This document shows positions 53,743-53,943 of a stretch of 53,943 nucleotides of DNA, piece by piece. Source of the DNA: a virus (Duplodnaviria > Caudoviricetes); the IMG/VR virus record IMGVR_UViG_3300024999_000139, positions 1 to 53,943 of that record; one strand, written 5' to 3'. The notes under the pieces were generated by a model that was not told the origin of the DNA, searched no databases, and worked only from the letters and a program-made list of their open reading frames with translations. The first letter of the stretch is position 1. Every line of letters begins with the position of its first letter. The position numbers and the translations under genes are program-made.

Positions 53743-53943
53743 CCTTTCCTAAAAATACTAAATTTACTTAGCAGTTTCTTTCATCTTTTGAGTCTTAATA
53801 ATCTTTAAATTTATCCTAATCTAAACTGGTATATATGTAATTTCTCCTCTCATACTTATTTTTGTGTCTAATATCTAATTAATTAAATAATAAATATTAC
53901 TTCAATCTTCTATCCCAGTCCCTTTTAAAACATCGTTCGCATA

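Overview
AT-rich, densely packed region of a large Firmicutes (probably clostridial) temperate phage or prophage. Essentially every credible gene is on the minus strand. It resembles the early/accessory arm of an SPbeta-like phage: YopX, YspA/YoqJ-like SLOG, a YopQ-like DGQHR protein and the start of a probable YopR/MrpR-like repressor at the left edge. The headline finding is at about 2.3-9.6 kb, just upstream of the YopQ/YopR-like genes, roughly where SPbeta-type phages carry arbitrium. It is an Agr-type peptide module: AgrB, an unannotated 38-aa AgrD with a Ser (lactone) ring, two paralogous kinase-less membrane proteins, a DUF5317 protein, an HTH-MazF fusion and a second antitoxin-less MazF. 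I infer a candidate cyclic-peptide lysis/lysogeny communication system. Further right are a nicotinamidase-vWA-PP2C-kinase-NDT operon with an NMN adenylyltransferase, PNKP/RNA ligase, Thg1 (internal stop), a Mesh1-like HD protein, UvsE, a SigF/G-like sigma factor, SpoVT, a DNA methyltransferase, a probable replication initiator with 32-bp-period iterons, a radical SAM plus methyltransferase pair and about 80 small hypothetical genes. Many of these are separated by a recurring TAAAA-N6-TTT(G/T)CTAGG-like site, and there are many consensus sigma-A promoters. No tRNA, rRNA, CRISPR or structural genes were seen. All family calls come from motif recognition by eye; no searches were run.
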